Of a stretch of DNA of 64,000 nt, positions 10,484-19,077 are shown piece by piece. The position numbers and the translations under genes were made by a program. This DNA comes from Candidatus Krumholzibacteriota bacterium (GTDB lineage: Bacteria; Krumholzibacteriota; Krumholzibacteriia; JAJRXK01). The notes beneath the pieces are model-generated. The model saw nothing but the letters and a program-made list of their open reading frames with translations, searched no databases and had not been told where the DNA came from. Position 1 is the stretch's first letter, and every line of letters starts with the position of its first letter. The stretch is taken from positions 320,001 to 384,000 of the forward strand of contig CAVSGG010000009.1 in assembly GCA_963727455.1 (NCBI GenBank), read 5' to 3'.

Positions 10484-10656
10484 TCCTTGCGTTGATCTCC
10501 CACCGTCGAATTTTCGACCGATGAGACTGGCGCCATGGCGGACTCCACGACAACCGGTACTCTCATGCACGATTTTCTGGCGCCCTTCACGATCGTATTC
10601 GATGTGGGTTCTCGGCGGATCGCGTTCCTGCCACACGACGAGCCCGCAGCAGCGCC

Positions 10657-10938
10657 CTAGGGAATCTCGAGTTCCGCCAAGCGCTGCAAACTGCGCACGC
10701 GCTCTGTGGGGACGACCACGCGCGGTATTTCGCCGCGCTGGCCCACCATGCTCACTCGCTGTAGGTATTCCTGGCGGCTCGATGCGTTCTCTCCTTCAAC
10801 GTGGGCCTCCACGTCCAGAAGAACGACTTGCTTCGCAGTGATGGTGTCACAGCGTCCGACGAAGAGCTCCGGCCCATCGGTCACGACGACCACGGTGATC
10901 CCGTGCAGCTCTCCTTTGTCGTGGTGAAAGGTCCCCAC
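10657..10938 (-). CDS. Small hypothetical protein, possibly Sm/LSm-like fold
   Basis: 93 aa, GTG start preceded by AGGAG. Beta-rich pattern (ITVVVVTDG..FVG..D....VVLLD...RVVVP..V..L). Lies 26 bp downstream of the bacilliredoxin gene. Confidence 0.65.
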   Translation of the reverse strand: MGTFHHDKGELHGITVVVVTDGPELFVGRCDTITAKQVVLLDVEAHVEGENASSRQEYLQRVSMVGQRGEIPRVVVPTERVRSLQRLAELEIP

Positions 10939-10964
10939 GCGGTCTCTCCTGAGCTTCGTGCTCC

Positions 10965-11390
10965 CTAGGCCGTCACGCAGTGCTTCTGGAAGGCCTCGGT
11001 GAGTTCCTGTGCGATCTCTTGCGCGCTGCGACTCTCGATACGATGCCGGGGCAAGAAGTGCACGATCTCGCCGTTCTTGAACATCACCATGCTGGGGCTA
11101 CTCGGGGGAAACTCAGCGAAATGGGAGCGAGCCTGCGCGGTGGCCTCCACATCCTGTCCCGCGAAGACGGTGGCGACTCGGGCCGGACGCGCCGCATGCT
11201 GCAGAGCGAGCGCCACCGCGGGCCGCGCTTGGCCGGCGGCACAGCCGCAAACGCTGTTGATGATGAGGAGTCCGGGGCTGTCGTTCTCGGCTATCCACTC
11301 GTCCACCGCTGCGGCAGTGGTCAATTCCTGAACTCCGAGACGAGTGAGCTCCTCACGCATGGGAGCTACGAGCTGCGGATCGTACGGCAT
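10965..11390 (-). CDS. Bacilliredoxin, BrxA/BrxB (YphP/YqiW) family
   Basis: INSVCGCAAGQARP, TVFAGQDVEAT, PPSSPS and PRHRIE; about 141 aa. Confidence 0.92.
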   Translation of the reverse strand: MPYDPQLVAPMREELTRLGVQELTTAAAVDEWIAENDSPGLLIINSVCGCAAGQARPAVALALQHAARPARVATVFAGQDVEATAQARSHFAEFPPSSPSMVMFKNGEIVHFLPRHRIESRSAQEIAQELTEAFQKHCVTA

Positions 11391-11622
11391 GCAAATCACT
11401 CCTTGTGAACAAGCGCGGCCGAGGCTGCGGTATTGAAAACCGATTTCAATCCCCCACTAACTACGCCAAAAAGGCCTGCGCGGCAAGGCATACCGAGCTT
11501 TGGACTTGCCAAATTCGGTGCTTGTGATCTTCCTTTGCGGTCAGGGAAGCGGGAACAGGCCGGAGCCTGGTGCGTTTCAGACAGTGGGAGAATCCAGAGT
11601 CCTCCCCAAGGGGAAGGGAACC

Positions 11623-12348
11623 ATGATGGACCAATCGCGTTCCTTCGATCTTCAAGAGCGCCAACGCATCCTGAGCCACAGCTCGGTGGAGGCGCGAACT
11701 TCCTTTCTGAGCCAGGTCTACGCCTGGATGTGCACCGGACTGGTGGTGACCGCTCTCACCGCCTGGGGCCTGCTCCAGAACCGCGAACTGATGGCCCAGC
11801 TGGTGGGAGGCCAGGGTCGCTTTCTGCTTCTGATCGGGCTCCAGCTCGGAGCGGTGATCGTCCTGGCCGCAGCCTTCCAAAGACTCTCCTTCGCTGCGGC
11901 GGCCGGGCTCTTCCTGCTCTATTCGGCGCTGACCGGGGTGACCTTTTCCACCCTCTTCCTCGTCTACACCGGAGCCAGCATCGCCTCGGTGTTCTTCATT
12001 ACCGCCGGCACCTTCGGCGCGGTTAGTTTTTACGGTATGACGACCAAGCGCGATCTGTCTGGCTGGGGCTCCTATCTCTTCATGGGCCTCATCGGCATCA
12101 TCGTGGCTTCGGTGGTCAATCTCTTCCTGCACAGCGATGGACTGACGATGGCGGTTTCCTATCTGGCCGTCTTGATCTTCACCGGTCTGACTGCGTACGA
12201 CACCCAACGTCTGATGCTCGTGCACGAATCAGGGCGGGCCCACGGACGCGCGGGATCGAAGTTGGCAGTCTACGGCGCGCTGCAACTCTATCTCGATTTC
12301 ATCAACCTCTTCCTGGCGCTGCTACGCATCATGGGCCGGCGACGCTAA
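11623..12348 (+). CDS. Bax inhibitor-1/YccA-family membrane protein
   Basis: FL..VY.WM..GL, TKRDLS, GLTAYDTQ, GALQLYLDFINLFL. Confidence 0.93.
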   Translation: MMDQSRSFDLQERQRILSHSSVEARTSFLSQVYAWMCTGLVVTALTAWGLLQNRELMAQLVGGQGRFLLLIGLQLGAVIVLAAAFQRLSFAAAAGLFLLYSALTGVTFSTLFLVYTGASIASVFFITAGTFGAVSFYGMTTKRDLSGWGSYLFMGLIGIIVASVVNLFLHSDGLTMAVSYLAVLIFTGLTAYDTQRLMLVHESGRAHGRAGSKLAVYGALQLYLDFINLFLALLRIMGRRR

Positions 12349-12361
12349 AAGCGAGGGCCGC

Positions 12362-13612
12362 TCAGGGAGTTTGCGGGCTCTCCACCAAGCGATGGATCTT
12401 TCCCTGCGCGGCATATTCCAATACGTAGAGACTGCCGTCGGCTCCCAGGCCGAAGGAGGAGATTCGGAAGGGCGCGTCCAGGAGTTTCTTCAGATCCTGA
12501 CCCTCATGGTCGATGGCCCAGATGCGTCCGGAGGAATAGTCGCCAAAGACGTAGCGGCCCTCCAGCGTACTCAGACTGGCTCCACGTACCACGTAGCCGC
12601 CAGTGATCGCGGCGTTGCCTTCGGTGTGGGGATATTCGTACAGGGGATCCAGAAAGGGCCCAGCCGAGGCACACTGTGGAGAGGGGCCGCCTGGAGGCCC
12701 CAAATAGTCGTGGGCTCCCTCGCGACAATCCCAACCGTAATTGCCGCCGTTGACGATGCGATCGACCTCCTCCCACTCTCCCTGCCCCACTTCTCCCGCC
12801 CAGAGTTCGCCTCTTGTGGCGTCGTACGAGATGCGCCACGGATTGCGTAATCCGTAGGCGAAGATCTCTTCCCTGAAGCCCTCGCCATTGCCCACGAAGG
12901 GGTTGTCGGGCGGTATCCCGTAGTAAGGTGGGGTGCTCTCGTTGGCTCCTACGTCGATGCGCAGGATCGAGCCGAGATACTGGGTACGGTCCTGGGCGGA
13001 GTCGATAGGATTTCCGCCGCCACCCCCGTCGCCCAGACTCAAGTAGAGTTCGTTCCCCTGGCCGAAGCACATCCCGCCGCCGTTGTGGTTGGAAAAGGGT
13101 TCATCGAACTCCCTGAGGACCACCTCGCTGGAAGCCTGTGCGCTGAGTCCGTCACTCTCCGCGGTGAAGCGCGAGAGACGACCGTGATAGCCCGACGCAT
13201 CGGAAGTCGTGTAGTACACGTAGAACCAACGGGAGCTCTCGTAATCGGGGCGAAAGGCCAGACCCAACAACCCCAGCTCGCTGGACGCACTGGCGACGCT
13301 GTCGGCGATGTCCAGGAAGACCTTCGCGCTCGAAGAGTCGCCAGGATCGAGCACGAGGATCTTGCCCCGCTTCTCCACCACGAATAGCCGCTGGCCCAGA
13401 CCCGGGGCCGCGTACAGTCCGACCGGGTTCTCCAAGCTGAGCTGGGGATAGACGGTCTGAAGTTCATACTGGTAGACCTTGGGCGCGTCAGGAGTCGGGG
13501 ACACGGAGTCCGAGCAGCCGGAAACGGAGCCGACGAACAGGAGCATTCCGCAAGCGATGAAGAGAACGACGCGCGGCAAGGGGCAGCGAAGCGTGCGCGG
13601 GCGAGACGACAC
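12362..13612 (-). CDS. Glucose/sorbosone dehydrogenase-family (PQQ-dependent beta-propeller) lipoprotein
   Basis: Lipobox-like SVSGC; ELGLLGLAF.P, NHNGG, LGDGG, GLRNPWR, GGNYGW. Confidence 0.88.
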   Translation of the reverse strand: MSSRPRTLRCPLPRVVLFIACGMLLFVGSVSGCSDSVSPTPDAPKVYQYELQTVYPQLSLENPVGLYAAPGLGQRLFVVEKRGKILVLDPGDSSSAKVFLDIADSVASASSELGLLGLAFRPDYESSRWFYVYYTTSDASGYHGRLSRFTAESDGLSAQASSEVVLREFDEPFSNHNGGGMCFGQGNELYLSLGDGGGGGNPIDSAQDRTQYLGSILRIDVGANESTPPYYGIPPDNPFVGNGEGFREEIFAYGLRNPWRISYDATRGELWAGEVGQGEWEEVDRIVNGGNYGWDCREGAHDYLGPPGGPSPQCASAGPFLDPLYEYPHTEGNAAITGGYVVRGASLSTLEGRYVFGDYSSGRIWAIDHEGQDLKKLLDAPFRISSFGLGADGSLYVLEYAAQGKIHRLVESPQTP

Positions 13613-13708
13613 GAAGGGGCCTTTCGGCTGGGGAGAATCCAGACACAGTCTAGGCGAATCTTCGCGAAACTGCGCCTGCCGGCCTGCTGGGCGCAGTCAA
13701 AGTCAGAA

Positions 13709-16321
13709 CTACTGTCCTCCTCCGTCGTGGATTTCGATGGGGTCTGCGCGCAGAACGGGCTGCCCCGGCGACTGAAAGAGATCGCGCAGGAAACGCAGCT
13801 CCTGCTCGCTCAAGCCCATCCACGGACCCAGCGGGCGCACCGGACCCCCGGAGAGGGGATCGAGCGTGAGCTTTGCCTGCAGCGAGGGAAGCAAGTCCGG
13901 CCAAAGCGCGGCCAGATTGAAGGCTCCCAGACCGGGTCCCTCCAGCAAAGTCACCGGCTGCTGGGCGGGAATGCCCGCCATCTCCTTCGCGATACCAATC
14001 GCTGACCACAGTCCCCCGATCTCATCCACGAGTCCCTCGCGCACCCCGCGCGTCCCGCTCCAAATGCGCCCCTGCCCCACCGAATCGACGTGCGCTTCGC
14101 TCAGGCCTCTCCCCGTGGCCACCTGGCTCACGAAATCGCCATACATGGCGCGGATGATCTTCTCCACCCGCTCCTTCTCCATCTCGTCGAGGGGACGGTG
14201 CGGCACCGCCACGTCGAGGAAAGGAAGCACGATGCCACCGCCCATGTCGGCATGCGCGCCCCGTTGGACCTGACTGTAGTCGAAACCGATTTTCTTGGAG
14301 AAGCCATTGTCGTAAATCCAGCCCCCGATGACCCCGATGCTGCCGGTAAGGGTGAGAGGAGACGCGAGCAGGGAATCACAGTACATGCTGATCCAGTATC
14401 CGCCGGAGGCGGCGACGTTCCCCTGGCTGACGACGACTGGCTTTTCCTTCATCGTCTTGCGCATTTCTCGCGCGACCATGTCGCTGGGAAGGGGATCTCC
14501 GCCCGGAGAGTCGACGCGCAGGATCACCGCCTTGACCGCCGGGTCCTGCCGCGCTTGCTCGATCTGTTTGCTCAAGCGACGTCCTTCGATCCCTTTGTCC
14601 ATCGCGCACTCTCCGATGGCGTACAGGACCGCGATTCTATCCGGTTCGCCCCACTCGGCTCGCCGCCAACGCGGATCACCCGTGACACTCAGCAGAGCGT
14701 GCTCGCGCGCGGAGTGCGGGGACGGGGCCTGGGACTTCCCATCCTTCTCGGCGCCTTTGCGGGCTTCTTCATAGCTCCCCAACTTATCAACCAGGTGCAG
14801 CTGAAGCGCTTCGGGCGCTCTCAGGAAACCGCGGGTATCCACGATCTCGTCGAAGTTCTGGGCGCTCAAACCGCGGGCGGAACAAATCAGGGACCGTGCC
14901 TCTTCGTAGTAGTCGTCCAGGAGTGCCTGACGCTGCTCTCTGTCCGCCTCGCTCTGTGAGCTACGGGAGAGCACTTCGAACGCGGATTTGTACTTGAAGT
15001 AGCGCCAGGCCTCGACGCCCAGACCGAGCTTGGTCAGCGCGTTGTGGTAGTAGGTCTTGCCCCAGCTCAGTCCGCGCAGATCCAGATCGCCTTGTGGGTC
15101 GAGCCAGATCTCATCCGCACAACTCGCCAGCATGGTTCCCATGAGCGTCAGGCGATCGGCGTAGACCACGACGGTCTTTCCGCGCGCCCGGAATTCCTCG
15201 AGCTGTTTCCTCAGCTCCCAGAGCATGGCGCTGCTGATGTGCATGCCGGAGAGATTGAGCACGAGCCGGTCGACTCGCGGTTCATCGGCCCAATCGGAGA
15301 TACGTCTGAGAGTCGACAGGAAGGTGTTGCGATCGTCGAAATAGCGATATCGGCGATAGGGCATGGTTCCCTTCAGCGAGAGTTCCACCGTGGAACCGCT
15401 GCCCAAAGCGCCGCGCCACAGACGCAGTGGCGCATCCACTTGGGCGCCGAGCTGTACCGAGTGAACCTCTTGCAACACCCGGTTCTCATCCAATTCCACG
15501 ATCGAGCCGGCTTGCGATCCGCCGTCGAAACTCAAGGCAAGTCCAAAACCAAAGACTCCCCCGTCGCGGTAGCGCACGCTGGCGCGTAGGCCGGGGACGA
15601 TCTGACTCTCGATTCCCAGGCCACTGCGCCACTGCGCTTTCTTCGAGTCATCGGGGCGAGCGCTCAACTCACCGAAGAAAGTCCAGGCTGGCCCGAAGGG
15701 TCGAAGTCCCAGATCGGTCTGGCCCGCGAGGTCTCCCGTCTGCAGGTCCCAGTCGCCGCTGAGCCCAAAGGAAGCGAAGCGACGTCGCTCGATGAGTCCC
15801 GCGCTCAGGCGGCGATGACGCGGCATCAGGTCCCGATCGCCGCCGGCCCAGGAGTACGCCAGCCCGAGCGCATGGGAGCGGTCGCCTCCACTTAGGGCGA
15901 GGGAATACTCGTTCACGGTGGGAAGATCCACCGTCAGATCCTGCAAGAACGGTGAGCCGCTCGAGCTTCCGTCGAAGTCGAAGCGCCGGTAGGAAAAACT
16001 CAAGACGGGCAAGGAGACGATGGCGGCTAGATCGTGAGACTCCAACAGGAGAGGGCGATCGAAGGGGTGCGCGCTGAGCTGCTCGTTCCGCTTCCAGCCG
16101 AAGTAGATTCCCGACCTGGACCCGGTGCCGAAAGCCGCTGGATTGAAGAGCCCCGCCGCCAAGCTGGAGGACATTCCCGGCGGGCTCGAAAGCCAGCTCG
16201 ACTCCGTGGCGTAGTCGGGGAGGCCGTCGTCCTTTGCTGCCCGCGCAAAGCTCGCGGGAAACGACACGAGAAGCAAGCTCACGAGGCAAAGTAGCGGCGA
16301 ATACGGACCTGGGCTTCGCAT
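13709..16321 (-). CDS. sppA: Signal peptide peptidase SppA (tandem S49) with a long N-terminal extension
   Basis: KYKSA (Lys), RVDSPGG, AASGGYWI (Ser), TGSIGV, QGRIWSG, GLVD; N-terminal signal peptide. Confidence 0.85.
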   Translation of the reverse strand: MRSPGPYSPLLCLVSLLLVSFPASFARAAKDDGLPDYATESSWLSSPPGMSSSLAAGLFNPAAFGTGSRSGIYFGWKRNEQLSAHPFDRPLLLESHDLAAIVSLPVLSFSYRRFDFDGSSSGSPFLQDLTVDLPTVNEYSLALSGGDRSHALGLAYSWAGGDRDLMPRHRRLSAGLIERRRFASFGLSGDWDLQTGDLAGQTDLGLRPFGPAWTFFGELSARPDDSKKAQWRSGLGIESQIVPGLRASVRYRDGGVFGFGLALSFDGGSQAGSIVELDENRVLQEVHSVQLGAQVDAPLRLWRGALGSGSTVELSLKGTMPYRRYRYFDDRNTFLSTLRRISDWADEPRVDRLVLNLSGMHISSAMLWELRKQLEEFRARGKTVVVYADRLTLMGTMLASCADEIWLDPQGDLDLRGLSWGKTYYHNALTKLGLGVEAWRYFKYKSAFEVLSRSSQSEADREQRQALLDDYYEEARSLICSARGLSAQNFDEIVDTRGFLRAPEALQLHLVDKLGSYEEARKGAEKDGKSQAPSPHSAREHALLSVTGDPRWRRAEWGEPDRIAVLYAIGECAMDKGIEGRRLSKQIEQARQDPAVKAVILRVDSPGGDPLPSDMVAREMRKTMKEKPVVVSQGNVAASGGYWISMYCDSLLASPLTLTGSIGVIGGWIYDNGFSKKIGFDYSQVQRGAHADMGGGIVLPFLDVAVPHRPLDEMEKERVEKIIRAMYGDFVSQVATGRGLSEAHVDSVGQGRIWSGTRGVREGLVDEIGGLWSAIGIAKEMAGIPAQQPVTLLEGPGLGAFNLAALWPDLLPSLQAKLTLDPLSGGPVRPLGPWMGLSEQELRFLRDLFQSPGQPVLRADPIEIHDGGGQ

Positions 16322-16459
16322 CTCTCTCGCTTCCTGGTACCCGGTGGTGGTTTCGCTGCGGAGCCTAAGACTTTCGCGCCTCTCGGGCAAGACGAGCTGT
16401 CACTTGCCGGATGAGGACAGTGCGGGCATGCTCACTCCCCCGCAGAAAAGGAGACAGCC

Positions 16460-17146
16460 ATGCATCCTTCACGTAGTCTCGCGCTGTTCTCTCTCGCCTT
16501 CGCCTTCTTTCTATTGAGCCCGGCCTACCTCGTGGCCTCCGCGCCTCCTCACGGGCTGCTGCGCGTCGGGGACCTACTTGACATGCTCACTCCTCTGGCG
16601 CTCTTGCCGCTCTACGCTCTCCTCTTGTACCAACGCCACGGGGCTTGGCCCCGATGGCCCAAAATGATTTTGTTCTTGGTGCTCTCGGCTCTCTGGGTCG
16701 AAGGGCATTCGATGCACCTGGCCGCGAACGCGTTGGGGCACTTGCTCGACGCACGGCCGCTCACCGCGGCTTATCGCCTGGATTATTTTCTGGACGAACA
16801 CCTGAGCCACGTGCTGTGGCATGCCGCTATCATCCTGCTCGCAGTCCTGCTCTTGGTCCAAGCCAAACGCGAAGAAGTAGATTCGCCGGTGAGCTGCATC
16901 GTGGGCGCGGTGCCCTATGGCTTCAGCTACTTCGCGATCACGGTGGAAGGACAGACTGCGGCGCTAGGAATCCTCGCGGCGTTCGCACTCTCGGGGTGGA
17001 TCGCTTCGAGCTTCAAAGAGCGAAAGAAGGATGCGTACTCCGTCTTCTTTCTCTCAGCGCATCTGCTTGCACTCGCACTCTATCTGCTTTGGTACCTCAT
17101 GCACGGGGGACTGCCGCAATTCAGCGAAGTGGGACTGCTAAAATGA
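16460..17146 (+). CDS. Polytopic membrane protein resembling CLN6
   Basis: AGGAG RBS; about 7 TMs; VGD, GHSMHL, YFLDEHLSHVLW and VEGQ motifs in the same order as in human CLN6 (remembered sequence). Confidence 0.65.
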   Translation: MHPSRSLALFSLAFAFFLLSPAYLVASAPPHGLLRVGDLLDMLTPLALLPLYALLLYQRHGAWPRWPKMILFLVLSALWVEGHSMHLAANALGHLLDARPLTAAYRLDYFLDEHLSHVLWHAAIILLAVLLLVQAKREEVDSPVSCIVGAVPYGFSYFAITVEGQTAALGILAAFALSGWIASSFKERKKDAYSVFFLSAHLLALALYLLWYLMHGGLPQFSEVGLLK

Positions 17147-17270
17147 AGAAGAATGCTAACAGCAGCAACGAGAAGAGACCGCCCCCGATGGGAACGGTCT
17201 CTTGTTCGCGCTGCCGGCGCGACGCAGCTAACAGAAGGCGTGCGCCGTGGGAGCAGGAAAACTCGGGCTT

Positions 17271-17537
17271 TTACATGCTCACGAAATCGTGGGCACGTAC
17301 TGTTTTGCGGCCATTCGCCTTGGCGCGCTTCGCGGCCTGCTCGATGTACCAGTAGACAATGCCATTGAGACCATCGAGAGCGTCTCCGGCAACGTTGACC
17401 CCGTAGTTCTTGAGCGCGACTTTCGTCTTGCTTCCCACGAGCAACATCTCCATGGCGGCCTTCCTGGAAGCGGCCTTTTTTCTCGCCGTCTTCTTCTTGG
17501 CGGTCTTCCTCTTGGCAGCGGTCTTCTTCTTGGCCAC
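17271..17537 (-). CDS. Bacterial histone (short-alpha3 histone fold) with Lys-rich N-terminal tail
   Basis: AAGGAGG RBS 6 nt before GTG 17537; 88 aa. Core LLVGSKTK...GDALDGLN...A.KRAKANGRKTVRAHDF carries the histone RKTV...D signature. Tail AKKKTAAKRKTAKKKTARKKAASRKAA. Confidence 0.88.
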   Translation of the reverse strand: MAKKKTAAKRKTAKKKTARKKAASRKAAMEMLLVGSKTKVALKNYGVNVAGDALDGLNGIVYWYIEQAAKRAKANGRKTVRAHDFVSM

Positions 17538-17777
17538 AGTGGGCCTCCTTGGGTTTTGATTGTCAAACGAGGAGCCGGCACCACACCGGTCCTTCACGAT
17601 CGACAACGAGTCCGAGGGAAGTCCTACCCTTGGTGCAGTGCACCGTGATGGAGTGGGGTCCCATTGCGACCCGTGCGCTGTAAGAGCCGGAAATAACTCA
17701 ATCGCGCCACGACGGCAAGCGTTTTCGCGAGAACTCGTCCCACCGCGAGCGATGTTGCCTCGGCTTGGGCACCAAAC

Positions 17778-18920
17778 TCAGTGGGCGGCTGCCTCGCTCG
17801 CGGCCACGGATTTGCGAATCGCGACCAACTCGAGGTGCAGGATAAGCGGACTGTTTGGAGGAACGACTCCCGGGATACCCCGAACTCCGAATCCAAGCTT
17901 CGCGGGAAGAAAGACCCAGCGCTCCTCCCCCACCTGCATTTTCAGGAAATTCATCTCCCACTGCAGACCTCTGCGAGGCTCGCCGGCCACCAACACCTCG
18001 GGCTTTCCGTCCTGATACGTCGATTCCACCACTTTCCCGTCGGGAAGGTAGCAGGCGTAATTCACCACGATGGTCTGTCCCTTCTTCGGCTTCTCGCCAT
18101 TTCCACTCACGGTCTTGACCATGCGGCTGCCATCATCTTGCTTGCGTGATTTCTTGCGCAGTGGATCGACCCTCTCTTGGAAGCGCTGCGTGTGCAACCG
18201 GGCGAGTTGGGTCGCATCCAGGTCCTTGAGCTCTTGAAACGTGGCCTCGGCATCGAACTCTTGCGCCGCTTTCCCGCGCCGGATGATCTTCACCGACCGC
18301 AAGTGCACATCCTCCTCGGGTTTGTTGTCATTGGTGGGTACCGAAGAAATCGCGGAGACGACATCCATTCCCATCACCACGCGCCCGAAAATGCTGAATC
18401 GCCGATCGAGCTCGGACTCACGCTTCTCGGTGATGAAGAACTGGCTTCCGTTGGTGTTGGGACCCTGATTGGCCATGGCCAGGACTCCGGGACGATCAAA
18501 ACTGAGGCCCGGTACGATCTCATCGCGAAAGCGGTAGCCGGGTCCGCCGGTACCACGCCCGGTGGGATCGCCGGACTGGATGAGAAAGCCACCGATCACC
18601 CGGTGGAAGGTCAGACCGTCGTAGAAGGGTTGCTTCGTCGATTCGTCGGATTGCCCATCGACGCCGCTCCTGGTTCCCTCAGCGAGGCCCACGAAATTGG
18701 CGACCGTGAGGGGGACTCGCTGGAAGAAGAGCTTACATACGATGACGCCCAGATCGGTCTGGAGCACTGCGTACAGACCGTCGGCGGCGGTCGCTTCCTC
18801 CACCGTACCGTAACTCGGACCTGTCGCCTCGTCGGTGGCATTCTGCGCGTGAACGGGGCTTCTCAGTGGAAGGAGAAGCAACACGACGCAAAGGAAGACT
18901 CTTGCAGAAGCGCGGTGCAT
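17778..18920 (-). CDS. Exported peptidyl-prolyl isomerase, cyclophilin fused to an FKBP-like domain
   Basis: Signal peptide; FYDGLTFHRVI, IQSGDP, AMANQGPNTNGSQFFIT; C-terminal VNY..YL.DG...and LP..LGFG...VPPNSPL. Confidence 0.9.
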   Translation of the reverse strand: MHRASARVFLCVVLLLLPLRSPVHAQNATDEATGPSYGTVEEATAADGLYAVLQTDLGVIVCKLFFQRVPLTVANFVGLAEGTRSGVDGQSDESTKQPFYDGLTFHRVIGGFLIQSGDPTGRGTGGPGYRFRDEIVPGLSFDRPGVLAMANQGPNTNGSQFFITEKRESELDRRFSIFGRVVMGMDVVSAISSVPTNDNKPEEDVHLRSVKIIRRGKAAQEFDAEATFQELKDLDATQLARLHTQRFQERVDPLRKKSRKQDDGSRMVKTVSGNGEKPKKGQTIVVNYACYLPDGKVVESTYQDGKPEVLVAGEPRRGLQWEMNFLKMQVGEERWVFLPAKLGFGVRGIPGVVPPNSPLILHLELVAIRKSVAASEAAAH

Positions 18921-19077
18921 CGACGACGGACCTCCGGATTACGGTAGTGACGCCCCCCACGGGCGAACCTTTCGAATCTAGCATCAGCGGTGGATTTCCA
19001 ACAGGTCTTGCGGTTTTTCGCGCGGAGCTTCCCCGACCTGGCGCCCGAATGGCGGAACTGCGGTCCACTCCCGCAGC

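Noticed and set aside
10400-10636. 78-aa minus-strand ORF between ahpC and the Sm-like gene
   Set aside because: It crosses the terminator hairpin, overlaps ahpC and has no recognisable motif or RBS.
17538-17606. Longer 111-aa start for the histone ORF
   Set aside because: A perfect AAGGAGG lies 6 nt before GTG 17537, and the extension does not look protein-like.
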